Origin: an uncultured Candidatus Saccharibacteria bacterium
GTDB lineage: Bacteria; Patescibacteriota; UBA1384; XYA2-FULL-43-10; 1-14-0-10-43-13
Assembly (NCBI GenBank): GCA_964628585.1
Contig: CAZVMH010000003.1
Coordinates: 28,470 to 92,469, forward strand
Reading direction: 5' to 3'
DNA length: 64,000 nucleotides
Positions 57,101-64,000 of the stretch are shown here, one piece after another; the stretch's first letter is position 1, and the number at the start of each line of letters is the position of its first letter. The translations under genes were made by a program, and so were the position numbers. The notes beneath the pieces are model-generated. The model saw only the letters and a program-made list of their open reading frames with translations, had not been told where the DNA came from and searched no databases.

Positions 57101-58033
57101 TGCCGAAGTAAGGTTGTTGACTTCCAAATAGGCGCAGGAAATACACCAGAACGCCCCAAGGTTTAGCAAAGCCGCATCATATATAATTCTGGTTTCTGCC
57201 GTGCCAACTATGTTATTTTTGTAGAATAAAACCTTTCCTTCAATTGTATTGCTGTCGTCTATGTCTTGGCTATAATAGGCATTATTTGGAGAACTTCCGG
57301 CAGGCTCATAAATATCTACCCGGATATTATTTAAATTATTTGCCATTTGATTATTTTGAACAACTGTGTTTGTTGATTGGCCCAAATAGATACCGGAATC
57401 AGTATTGTTATTAGTAATATTGTTGGTTATAGTATTGCCATTCGACTCTGGACCGTTTACTTCGTTCCAATCAAGATCATAAGTGGCATAGCGGTTGGTT
57501 TTAATACCAAATTGATTGCTGTTGGCGGTTACATTGTTTACAGTACTATTGCTTGTTCCTAGTAATTCAATTCCGGCATAAAAACCCGATATGGAAGCAA
57601 AGTTTCGAATGGTAATATTATTAAAAGGATCGGCGCTACTATCAACAACATATTCTATTCTGATGCCTGAGCCGGCTCCAGAACCGCTAATAGAGTGATT
57701 GCCTCCATCTATAATAATATTGCTTGCCGCAACAATTAATCCGTCTCCCGAGCAATCGGTAAGGTCGCCATCCAAGGTTAGACTACTTGTAATAGTATCG
57801 CCGCAGCTGGCGTTAGTCGCTTCTGCAGCTTTCGCCTTTTGGATCCTAGAATAATTCCAAATCAGAGAAAAAGAGCACAGCAAAGCAATACCCAAAAGCA
57901 AAATGGCAAATTTTCTCATTTCAATTGACCATCTGATTTTTTTGAAGAAAATTTTGTTGAACAAACACAAAAGGCTTCCAAAAATATGGACAACCACAAG
58001 ATAAATTAGAGCTTTCCCTCTCATTTTTTTCAT
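54164..58033 (-). CDS. Giant surface protein with right-handed parallel beta-helix (PbH1) repeats, Ig-like region, S/T-rich stalk and C-terminal TM anchor
   Basis: 1289 aa. N-terminal TM. Many NN.I..N/SxN repeats typical of pectate-lyase-like beta-helices. Ig-like segment TAPVVTVTGLTINRTGGYVDITGTASDEGSGVASI. C-terminus LIVYVLIGILVIFFVIGFILLKRRRK. Confidence 0.7.
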   Translation of the reverse strand: MKKMRGKALIYLVVVHIFGSLLCLFNKIFFKKIRWSIEMRKFAILLLGIALLCSFSLIWNYSRIQKAKAAEATNASCGDTITSSLTLDGDLTDCSGDGLIVAASNIIIDGGNHSISGSGAGSGIRIEYVVDSSADPFNNITIRNFASISGFYAGIELLGTSNSTVNNVTANSNQFGIKTNRYATYDLDWNEVNGPESNGNTITNNITNNNTDSGIYLGQSTNTVVQNNQMANNLNNIRVDIYEPAGSSPNNAYYSQDIDDSNTIEGKVLFYKNNIVGTAETRIIYDAALLNLGAFWCISCAYLEVNNLTSANNNQDDVFLLDSSNIRFDRGVFINGINLVSSTNNTFQNSSITNENLTTYLGGENIFINNDFDNAKIILSSANNQLRNNRFANINGIPSFFNDAASYNQDIDTSNSVDGNVMHFYSSLIGTIDNPIILDGTGLDYKYLWLNNCQYVEARDFTITSSTADKSAIVLANSSNVTIKDSTISTYHEAAEGLRSGGGSFGIKFLNTDNSIIENNILRYNNSSISFQESSMSNIIRNNEILHNRQNGILFTDSDSNEISENTIEDTYGQGIEINGSENTTIYNNSIGYHFNSGVKINSATSGSITNNVFKGVRGVALTVENGAAINLSSSSGLTISGNTIMNNFKAVIDDGANTYSNNLYLNNINDRDLAFTSTDFDRTVATTEQVNYDFTICASCTATARTSPEETITANNSGTRIRGTFSPSKPGLYGLIVEVIKGTDTTRRKYNVYVDSIENTSKMYLRDVLPSHGQVQAWGQHDGRALLRTLTDSDEAIEVWYCGGWVQNSPDEIPNYPLSNLKKVIIDSNYKGARAGVMGIERYNTYDYLVDTTMPHFHVPAVVGAETGTYSHFLGETPTFNYPMDNPSDWYMLSIKYDTGSSPEVTLEDVLSHGPYWKTTKASPSFVNFVSDKTVNPAVKSISNPDVNIISATNSGDGSDVESATLVLDGIGSSNITIDDLERPFLGYTTTINKDNSTAVLQAVGITGETPVNTVGMNIIPSAGAIDVNVTDWTSSGDYYRKWTENSEDHGTTVLHNISGFKPSTNYSLKINGVWQKDISSDEIGNLSFNYDSGFSEKTFEIREDTTAPVVTVTGLTINRTGGYVDITGTASDEGSGVASITINGNSVNLSNLPAFSYRLLNLAIGTNSIEIVVTDEAGNESLPHLSFNVIYTPLVQPGSDNITAPVTTSTPIPVTYSTETEDDGTAGIIDVPRAVASDDEQIYSTPNNSPVTDENRNKNANLIVYVLIGILVIFFVIGFILLKRRRK

Positions 58034-58324
58034 CTACCTTAGTATAATGGAATTACCTTTGAAACGTCAACCAATTCAAAACTGGGGCTTCCTGTTGTGC
58101 CAACGGCTTCCCAAGTATTTAGTTACATTCAATATTCATTCCTTGCCATCTTGCTATCTTTCTTTATTCGCTGGATATCAAAAACGCTCTTTCCGGAGAC
58201 AGGCATTTTTGTTTTCTTCTTTTCAGATTCTTCAAGCTTGAATTTTTCTTCGATTTCTTCCAAATTTTTCTGATCGTTTTCTTTTGTCATAATAAATTAT
58301 TTTACTAATATGTTATAATGGTTT

Positions 58325-58445
58325 GACCAAGGTACTCGAGTGTCGGCGCCTTGGCGAGTAGCACGCCGTGGGGCATTAGCGAAGCGTGTCTGATTCTGTT
58401 AGCGGCGAATCAGACACATTTTCCAGCCCCACGGCCCCTTTTATT
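58325..58445 (+). ncRNA. Candidate small structured RNA: GC-rich nested hairpins ending in a U-tract
   Basis: Outer stem GCCGTGGGGC (58365-58374) pairs with GCCCCACGGC (58426-58435). It encloses a perfect 11-bp hairpin GTGTCTGATTC-TGTTAGCGGC-GAATCAGACAC (58386-58417) and is followed by CCCTTTTATTG. A TATAAT at 58313-58318 lies just upstream. There is no plus-strand gene upstream that this could terminate. Confidence 0.35.
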
Positions 58446-58483
58446 GAAAAATCATCACCTTTCAGCTACAATATACATGATTT

Positions 58484-58567
58484 GCCCGGGTGGTGAAATG
58501 GTATACACGCTAGTCTTAGGAACTAGTGCCGCAAGGCGTGGAGGTTCGAGTCCTCTCCCGGGCACCA
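58484..58567 (+). tRNA. tRNA-Leu (anticodon TAG), long variable arm
   Basis: GCCCGGGTGGTGAAATGGTA...CTAGTCTTAGGAACTAG...GGAGGTTCGAGTCCTCTCCCGGGCACCA. Confidence 0.9.
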
Positions 58568-58575
58568 CATCGGAA

Positions 58576-60300
58576 ATGAAAAAAATATTTGCCTTCTTAT
58601 TCCTTTTATTTTTAATACTGCCCAATTTTGCTTTTGCCAGAGACACTTCTGCTTTGAATGACTGGTATATCAAAGATTTTCAATCTGAAATTATTGTCAA
58701 TAAAGATTCTTCACTTTCGATAACTGAAAAAATCACTGCTGATTGTGGAAATTTGCCCAACAAACACGGCATTTTCCGTACTCTTCCAACCTTTTATCAA
58801 AAAACTAGTTCTGAAAAAATTAGCACTCCAATAGAACTCAAAAGTATTACCGATTTCTCAGATAAGCCAATCAATTACTCTACGACAAAGAGTACGGTCA
58901 ATAGAACGTTGACTTGGAAAATCGGCGATGCAGATAAAACGGTTTCTGGCATCAACTTTTACAAAATTACATATCTGGTCAAAAATACTATTCGTTTCGA
59001 TGACCCCAGTTTTGATGAATTGTACTGGAATCTTTCCGGCAATTTTTGGCAAATTCCAATTGATCATTTTACTGCCACTATCAAATTCCCAAGTGAAATA
59101 AATCAGAACAACACTGCTCTAAACATATACTCTGGTGCTTTTAAAGAAAAAAATGGTTTAGATATTTCTCAAAACTGGGTTGACGGAAACACACTTCAAA
59201 TAGAAACTTCCGATATTATCAAGCCCGGCTCAGGTATTACTCTTTCTACCACATTCCCCAAAAATATTATTACTTCATTTAAATTTTCTTTCTGGGAGCT
59301 TTATGGGCGCTTCTTCTGGCTATTAATTCCAATATTTGCTTTTTGGATCATTTATCGCTACTGGGCGAAATATGGCAAGGATCCTAAAATTAATTCCGCC
59401 ATCGCTCCAGAATTCGAAATTCCAGATAAGCTCTCTTCTCTCGATATGGGCATGCTTTATTCAAATCTTGCCCTCAAAACCCGTTATCTCTCTGCTTCAA
59501 TTATCAATCTGGCCGTCAAAAAATATATCACCATAGAGGAAATTCCCAAGAAAGGCGTTTTTGGCTCCGTTGATTATAAGCTAACCAAGTTAAAAGAAGG
59601 CGATGATAAAATTTCAGAATCAGAAAAATTGCTTTTGGACGAATTATTCGATAGTAACGAGTCCAAATTGCTATCTTCTCTAAAAAACAAATTTTATTCT
59701 TCAATCCCTATGATCCAAAAAAAGTCAAAGGATTTTCTGGTCGAAAAAGAGTACATTGATGTACGAAGCGGTAAATACCAAATTGCTTTAATAATATTCA
59801 TCTTTGTCGCAGCATTTTTCTCGTTTATACTTGCTTTTATTGGACCAATTTATATTGTCTCGATGATATTAACAATTATAATTATGATTATCTTCGCTAT
59901 TTTAATGTCTCGCCGAACCGAAAAAGGTGCGATGCTTGAACACCGCATTAATGGATTAAAAATGTATATGGAAGTGGCCGAAAAATATCGTCAAAAGTTT
60001 AACGAAAAAGAGAACATCTTTGAAAAATTTCTGCCCTATGCCATTATGTTTGGAATGACTAAAAAATGGATAAAACAAATAGAGAAAATTTATGGTGCAG
60101 ATTATTTCAATTCATATCACCCAGTTTGGTTTTACGGCGCCGCAATTCACAGCTTTAACGTTGATTCGCTTACTTCTTCAATAGAATCACTTTCTTCCGG
60201 CATGGCCTCCACAATGTCCTCTTCGCCCTCTTCCTCCGGTTCAGGTGGAGGCGGCTTCTCCGGCGGCGGCGGAGGCGGCGGAGGTGGCGGCGGCTGGTAA
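58576..60300 (+). CDS. DUF2207 family membrane protein with Gly-rich C-terminal tail
   Basis: Start reassigned to MKKIFAFLFLLFL (58576) because the track ORF (58351) runs through tRNA-Leu. Signal peptide, large extracytoplasmic domain, TM helices. The C-terminal GGGGFSGGGGGGGGGGGW tail is characteristic of DUF2207. Confidence 0.75.
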   Translation: MKKIFAFLFLLFLILPNFAFARDTSALNDWYIKDFQSEIIVNKDSSLSITEKITADCGNLPNKHGIFRTLPTFYQKTSSEKISTPIELKSITDFSDKPINYSTTKSTVNRTLTWKIGDADKTVSGINFYKITYLVKNTIRFDDPSFDELYWNLSGNFWQIPIDHFTATIKFPSEINQNNTALNIYSGAFKEKNGLDISQNWVDGNTLQIETSDIIKPGSGITLSTTFPKNIITSFKFSFWELYGRFFWLLIPIFAFWIIYRYWAKYGKDPKINSAIAPEFEIPDKLSSLDMGMLYSNLALKTRYLSASIINLAVKKYITIEEIPKKGVFGSVDYKLTKLKEGDDKISESEKLLLDELFDSNESKLLSSLKNKFYSSIPMIQKKSKDFLVEKEYIDVRSGKYQIALIIFIFVAAFFSFILAFIGPIYIVSMILTIIIMIIFAILMSRRTEKGAMLEHRINGLKMYMEVAEKYRQKFNEKENIFEKFLPYAIMFGMTKKWIKQIEKIYGADYFNSYHPVWFYGAAIHSFNVDSLTSSIESLSSGMASTMSSSPSSSGSGGGGFSGGGGGGGGGGGW

Positions 60301-60415
60301 AAACTGCTTCAGCAGTTTTTATGGTGAGCCCCAAAGGGGATCCTTCGGGTCGTAGTCGAACCATTTTCCTAATTGATCCGTATATCTGTATATCTGATAA
60401 AATCCGTAATCCTTA

Positions 60416-60937
60416 TCATATGGTGATCTGTTCCCTGAACTTTTCAAAGGTTTTGTCTCCAATCCCTTTAACATTTTTTATTTCGTCGATAGATTTGAAA
60501 CCGCCATTAGCATTTCTGTAATCAACAATTCTCTGGGAATAAACTGCTCCTATCCCCGGCAGAGCGTCTAACTCCGAGGCTGATGCCGTATTGATATTGA
60601 TCTTTCCAACAACATGGTTCTTGGAGGCCGCCGCCTCATTGTTCGGTTGTACAATAGCTGAATTGTTGGTTGCGCCGGCTACTGCGCCCTGTTCCATTTG
60701 CGCTGTCTGATTATTGGGACTTGGTACTTGCAATTTAGAAATTTTCTCTTCAAAAGCTTTGATTCTCTCCTCCTGATTCATAATTCGTTCTTCATAATTC
60801 GGCTTGGCGTAGTTCTCCCGATACAGTTGGAACCCCACTCCCGCCATAATCAAAAATAGCAATCCTCCCCCAATCCAGAATCGGTATTTCTCAATCCATT
60901 CACCCATCTGAAATTTTGGTTTTGATTTTTGATCCAC
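60416..60937 (-). CDS. comEA: ComEA-like DNA-binding protein (helix-hairpin-helix)
   Basis: 173 aa. N-terminal TM, C-terminal INTASASELDALPGIGAVYSQRIVDYRNANGGFKSIDEIKNVKGIG (tandem HhH). Confidence 0.85.
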   Translation of the reverse strand: MDQKSKPKFQMGEWIEKYRFWIGGGLLFLIMAGVGFQLYRENYAKPNYEERIMNQEERIKAFEEKISKLQVPSPNNQTAQMEQGAVAGATNNSAIVQPNNEAAASKNHVVGKININTASASELDALPGIGAVYSQRIVDYRNANGGFKSIDEIKNVKGIGDKTFEKFREQITI

Positions 60938-60962
60938 CAGTTTAGATATTAGATATTAGATA

Positions 60963-61736
60963 TTAGGATTTAGAAATTGTTTGGTAACGTTCAGCTCCCT
61001 CCCATGCCAGATCAAAGAGTGCTCTCAAATTGTCAGCTATCTGCTTCGACTCGATTACGATGCCAACGAGCGGGCCACCCTTCTCTGTAGTACAAAAGCT
61101 AATCTTATTGCCATATATGAGCCCTTCAATCTTAAAAGGAAACTTATCTTTTGGTACATATCGCGTCTTCCGAAGCGTGCCTTTACCAGACTGCATGATA
61201 TTTTCTTCTTCTTCAGTCACAATCGCCCTCACACAAACGTTATTTTTTACACGCATAGGCACATATTCATTCGTGACCCAGTCGAGCATCTTCTGATCAT
61301 ATTTACTGACTTGATTGTAAACCAAAATCTCCTGATTCTTGACCAAAGTGTCTTTAAATACGCGCTTGATCCCCTCATATCCCTCATAAATCTCAATATT
61401 TGGCTTGAGCCCCTGGAGACTATACAAAGCCATCAAATCGATTGCCCCCTGCTTGATCTCAGCATATTTGTGCTCAAAATTACGCAATATCAAGTTCGGC
61501 GCTACTGCCTGAAAGTAACGTCTTTTGCCCTGCATAACCTCTTTTATGACCTCGGCGTGGGTCATTTCGGGGAACATTTCATATAGAGTGGTCCTCTTGA
61601 TGCCGGTTGCTCTTGCTATGTGCTGTGGTAGCATCGCCCCCTCTTTCAGCAAAGCCAAATATACCTTGATTTCTTTCTCATCAAGACCAATTCTGGTCAG
61701 AAATTCATACTCCATTTGTGTCGATATGTTCGTCAT
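60963..61736 (-). CDS. TrmB-family transcriptional regulator
   Basis: 257 aa. N-terminal wHTH LGLDEKEIKVYLALLKEGAMLPQHIARATGIKRTTLYEMF and a C-terminal TrmB-like effector domain. Confidence 0.65.
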   Translation of the reverse strand: MTNISTQMEYEFLTRIGLDEKEIKVYLALLKEGAMLPQHIARATGIKRTTLYEMFPEMTHAEVIKEVMQGKRRYFQAVAPNLILRNFEHKYAEIKQGAIDLMALYSLQGLKPNIEIYEGYEGIKRVFKDTLVKNQEILVYNQVSKYDQKMLDWVTNEYVPMRVKNNVCVRAIVTEEEENIMQSGKGTLRKTRYVPKDKFPFKIEGLIYGNKISFCTTEKGGPLVGIVIESKQIADNLRALFDLAWEGAERYQTISKS

Positions 61737-61975
61737 TTGTTTTCATTATAGCACACTCTTCACGCTCCTGTCAAGAGTAAATGATATTTTGTAATATTTT
61801 TAATTGTGTACCTATTTATTGACACTTTGCATATTTTGTGTTATAATGACCCCGACACAGTGAGAATGTCATTGCGAGAAGCCGAAAGGCGACGAAGCAA
61901 TCTATCATCCTCACCGTGTAGCAAGCCAAAAATGGCGCAGGTGGCTAATTAACGCACCGGCCAAAGGATAGAAAA

Positions 61976-62497
61976 ATGAATAAGGTTATCGTAGCGGCCG
62001 CTATTCTCATTTTCGCGGGCGCTTCGTCCGCTTCGATGATAGAGGTTGATAGAGCTGGTGAAAACACCCAGCTTCAGCTCTGCATCGAGAAGCCGATTTC
62101 GGCTTCAGTTTCCCTGTTCGCTTACTCCTGCCTGTCAGAGAACTGGCAGGAAGCCTACATCGGACCTGAAGTCAATGGTTCGATCGGCAAGGTCAACTAC
62201 CAGCTCGCCTACGGCGTCGGCCAGGAAACTGGCGGAAACCGGAATGGCGGTTGGGTCTGGGCAGGCTACAAAAAGCTGTCCGGCATCTACTTGAGCGAGA
62301 ATGGCGGAAGCGGTCCTTGGACCAAGTCCGTCATCAAGTACGCTGTATCTCCTAAGGTCTCCTTGGGTTACACCAAGAAAGACTTCGCAGGAGAGGGCTT
62401 GTACGCAGAGTGCAAGCTCACCGGCAGCACGACTTTGAAGATCTCGGGCTTCGACAAGTTCAAGCGCCCCGAAATCGGCCTGAACGTAGCGTTCTAG
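61976..62497 (+). CDS. Hypothetical secreted protein, possibly a beta-barrel/OMP-like fold, in a GC-rich islet
   Basis: 173 aa. Clear signal peptide MNKVIVAAAILIFAGASSASM. Alternating hydrophobic pattern and a C-terminal aromatic residue (LNVAF). About 52% GC. Confidence 0.5.
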   Translation: MNKVIVAAAILIFAGASSASMIEVDRAGENTQLQLCIEKPISASVSLFAYSCLSENWQEAYIGPEVNGSIGKVNYQLAYGVGQETGGNRNGGWVWAGYKKLSGIYLSENGGSGPWTKSVIKYAVSPKVSLGYTKKDFAGEGLYAECKLTGSTTLKISGFDKFKRPEIGLNVAF

Positions 62498-62512
62498 GCC
62501 AGTGAGCATCCC

Positions 62513-62547
62513 GCCCCACCCTTTCGGATCATGTGAAAGGGTGGGGC
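62513..62547 (+). terminator. GC-rich stem-loop downstream of the secreted-protein gene
   Basis: 13-bp stem GCCCCACCCTTTC / GAAAGGGTGGGGC, loop GGATCATGT. The U-tract is weak. Confidence 0.4.
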
Positions 62548-62608
62548 TCAACTTCAGCTTTACATAAATAATTATGTAAAGCGGAATATTGAAAAAGGAG
62601 AATATATA

Positions 62609-63319
62609 ATGTCTAGTTACGATTGGAAGATGATTGCTTCCTGCCGAAACAGGAGCAAAGACAGCCAAGCAGTCGCTTTCCCGTACTTCATGGAGGCGTA
62701 CGAGATGAACTTCCAGGTGAACGAGCATGTATTTTCGCCCGTTCACTGCTCCTCTTACCGCTTCTTCATTCCGTGGCTGCCAGATGCGAGCGGGATGGAT
62801 GTGCTCGAGATTGGTAGCGGACACGGAGTCGTGTCTTGCTACCTCGCCCAAAAGGCGAAAAAAGTATTGGCAACAGACATTAATGAGCACGCAGTAGAAA
62901 ATACTGCGATAAATGCTCGGCTCAACGGTCTCGATAACATCGAGACTATAGAGAGCAATGTTTACTCGAACGTATCAGGCCAATTTGACCTGATCTTCTG
63001 GAACACCCCTTGGGGGTTCGTTCCTGAAGAGTTCGAGGAGTCGATGACGCCGGAAGAATTCGGGATGTTTGATCCCGGATACAAGGCGATATCGGCTTAC
63101 TTACTTGAGGGGAAAAATTACCTCAAGCCAGGTGGAGCGCTCTACATTGGCTTCGGCCATAAGGGAGCGAACCTCGATTTAATCCACGACCTCGTCAAGC
63201 GGTCAGGTCTCGTCCTGGCCAAGGGCATCGCCGGCAAGTACACCCCCGGCGAACTGGACGAGGACGGAAGACTGATCGAGATGAGAGTGGAGCTCTGGAA
63301 GCTGGTCAAACCAGCATAA
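62609..63319 (+). CDS. Class I SAM-dependent methyltransferase (HemK/PrmC-like small MTase domain with NxPW motif)
   Basis: 236 aa. SAM motif I VLEIGSGHGVVSCYLA, acidic motif II LATDIN, catalytic FWNTPW (NPPY/W family). Confidence 0.7.
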   Translation: MSSYDWKMIASCRNRSKDSQAVAFPYFMEAYEMNFQVNEHVFSPVHCSSYRFFIPWLPDASGMDVLEIGSGHGVVSCYLAQKAKKVLATDINEHAVENTAINARLNGLDNIETIESNVYSNVSGQFDLIFWNTPWGFVPEEFEESMTPEEFGMFDPGYKAISAYLLEGKNYLKPGGALYIGFGHKGANLDLIHDLVKRSGLVLAKGIAGKYTPGELDEDGRLIEMRVELWKLVKPA

Positions 63320-63331
63320 GAGCACAAACTC

Positions 63332-63370
63332 AGCCCCCGGCTACGTTGTAGTCGGGGGCTTTTTTTATTC
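63332..63370. terminator. Intrinsic terminator shared by the convergent MTase and recG genes
   Basis: AGCCCCCGGCTACGTTGTAGTCGGGGGCT followed by TTTTTTTATT. Confidence 0.7.
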
Positions 63371-64000
63371 CAAATGTTTGTTTTGCAAGTATTCTGATAC
63401 TCGTGCTTTAAGCAGAGGATGGTTTTTGAGATCAGGATCGCTTTCGATAAGTCTTTTAGCTGCTTCACTCGCCTCTTCAATGAGCTCACGATCTGCCAAA
63501 GTGGCCATTTTGAGATCAAGAAGCCCTGATTGCTCCGTCCCAAAGACTGCCCCTGGCCCCCTTGTCTCTAGATCCATTTCAGCTAAGCGAAAGCCATCGG
63601 AAGTCATTTCTAGGCTAGTCAGTCTCTTCAGGGCCTTCTCGCTCATTGTAGAGGAAAATAGAAAGCAATAAGATTGATGCTCCGCCCTGCCTACTCGTCC
63701 ACGAAACTGGTGAATCTGAGCTAGGCCGAACCTCTCTGCGTCCTCAATCACCATTACACTCGCATTGGGAATATCTACCCCTACTTCCACGACTGATGTG
63801 CTAACGAGTATATTTGTTTTATTAGATACAAAATCAGCCATCACGGCATCCTTTTCTGTTGACTTCATCTTGCCGTGAAGCATATCAATCTTGAATTCAG
63901 GGAATATTGCCTTGAGCTTATCAAACTCCACTTTAACCGACCTGCGCTCGTCTTCAAAGAGTTTATCGCTCTGCTCCTCATTGATCTCAATAAGTGGACA
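63365..64000 (-). CDS. recG: ATP-dependent DNA helicase RecG, C-terminal portion (partial: the N-terminus runs off the window end)
   Basis: LHGKMKSTEKDAVMADFVSNKTNILVSTSVVEVGVDIPNASVMVIEDAERFGLAQIHQFRGRVGRAEHQSYCFL matches RecG helicase motifs IV-VI. The reading frame stays open to position 64000. Confidence 0.85.
   Translation of the reverse strand, partial: CPLIEINEEQSDKLFEDERRSVKVEFDKLKAIFPEFKIDMLHGKMKSTEKDAVMADFVSNKTNILVSTSVVEVGVDIPNASVMVIEDAERFGLAQIHQFRGRVGRAEHQSYCFLFSSTMSEKALKRLTSLEMTSDGFRLAEMDLETRGPGAVFGTEQSGLLDLKMATLADRELIEEASEAAKRLIESDPDLKNHPLLKARVSEYLQNKHLE

Noticed and set aside
58325-58445. Possibility that the GC-rich element is SRP RNA, 6S RNA or tmRNA
   Set aside because: I could not find the SRP domain IV GGAA/AGCA arrangement, a 6S bubble or a tRNA-like end by eye. 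It is left as an unclassified candidate sRNA rather than named.
58351-58575. N-terminal 75 codons of the track ORF 58351..60300
   Set aside because: They run straight through tRNA-Leu(TAG) and the GC-rich hairpin element. The DUF2207 signal peptide begins at the Met at 58576.
60981-61586. 201-aa plus-strand ORF antisense to the TrmB-family regulator
   Set aside because: There are no motifs. The minus-strand frame has a clear wHTH domain.
62135-62890. 251-aa minus-strand ORF spanning the secreted-protein gene and the methyltransferase gene
   Set aside because: It overlaps two better-supported plus-strand genes that have a signal peptide and MTase motifs. High GC inflates spurious ORF length. 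No motifs.

Overview
This 64 kb window is AT-rich (roughly 35-40% GC by eye) and densely packed with housekeeping genes of a small-genome bacterium. Between 0.5 and 47 kb almost every gene is on the minus strand. The gene content and order (gatCA, ligA, htpX-lemA, ctpA, M23-ftsX-ftsE, secA-hpf, serS, lysS, greA, PBP2-mreDCB, mltG, ruvX, ftsA, a short alaS, rpsA, secG, comM, miaA, comEA, recG) together with several giant repeat-rich surface proteins and a DUF2207 protein suggest a Patescibacteria/CPR-like or other reduced monoderm lineage. That placement is inference only, with no database support.

Seven tRNA genes were found by hand: Leu-TAA, Leu-GAG, Val-TAC, Gly-GCC, Phe-GAA, Cys-GCA and Leu-TAG.

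The accessory content is concentrated in four places:
- A tRNA-flanked locus of about 11 kb (36.0-47.2 kb) encodes four secreted or anchored proteins: a 10x fibronectin-III-like repeat protein, a 7x NHL/'GWWG' propeller protein with a DUF11 tail, a 306-aa secreted protein and an orphan family-5 solute-binding protein. A GIY-YIG protein lies at its left border.
- Four short GC-rich (about 50% GC) islets sit in the AT-rich backbone, each with strong GC-rich stem-loops. They are plsX plus an unknown 120-aa gene at 4.5-6.45 kb, a 209-aa unknown at 49.1-49.85 kb, a Cys-rich double zinc-ribbon protein at 53.2-54.1 kb, and an OMP-like secreted protein plus a methyltransferase at 61.8-63.4 kb. They look like recent horizontal acquisitions.
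- A 1289-aa parallel beta-helix surface protein at 54.2-58.0 kb.
- A GC-rich nested-hairpin element ending in a U-tract just upstream of tRNA-Leu(TAG), which is a candidate small structured RNA.

Other observations are pseudopilin-like C-terminal domains fused to two non-pilin proteins, an ftsA followed by a bitopic acidic-linker protein instead of ftsZ, a repeated AACTTTATAAAC promoter-region motif, and a duplicated 17-mer.

No CRISPR array, rRNA, integrase or transposase was seen.
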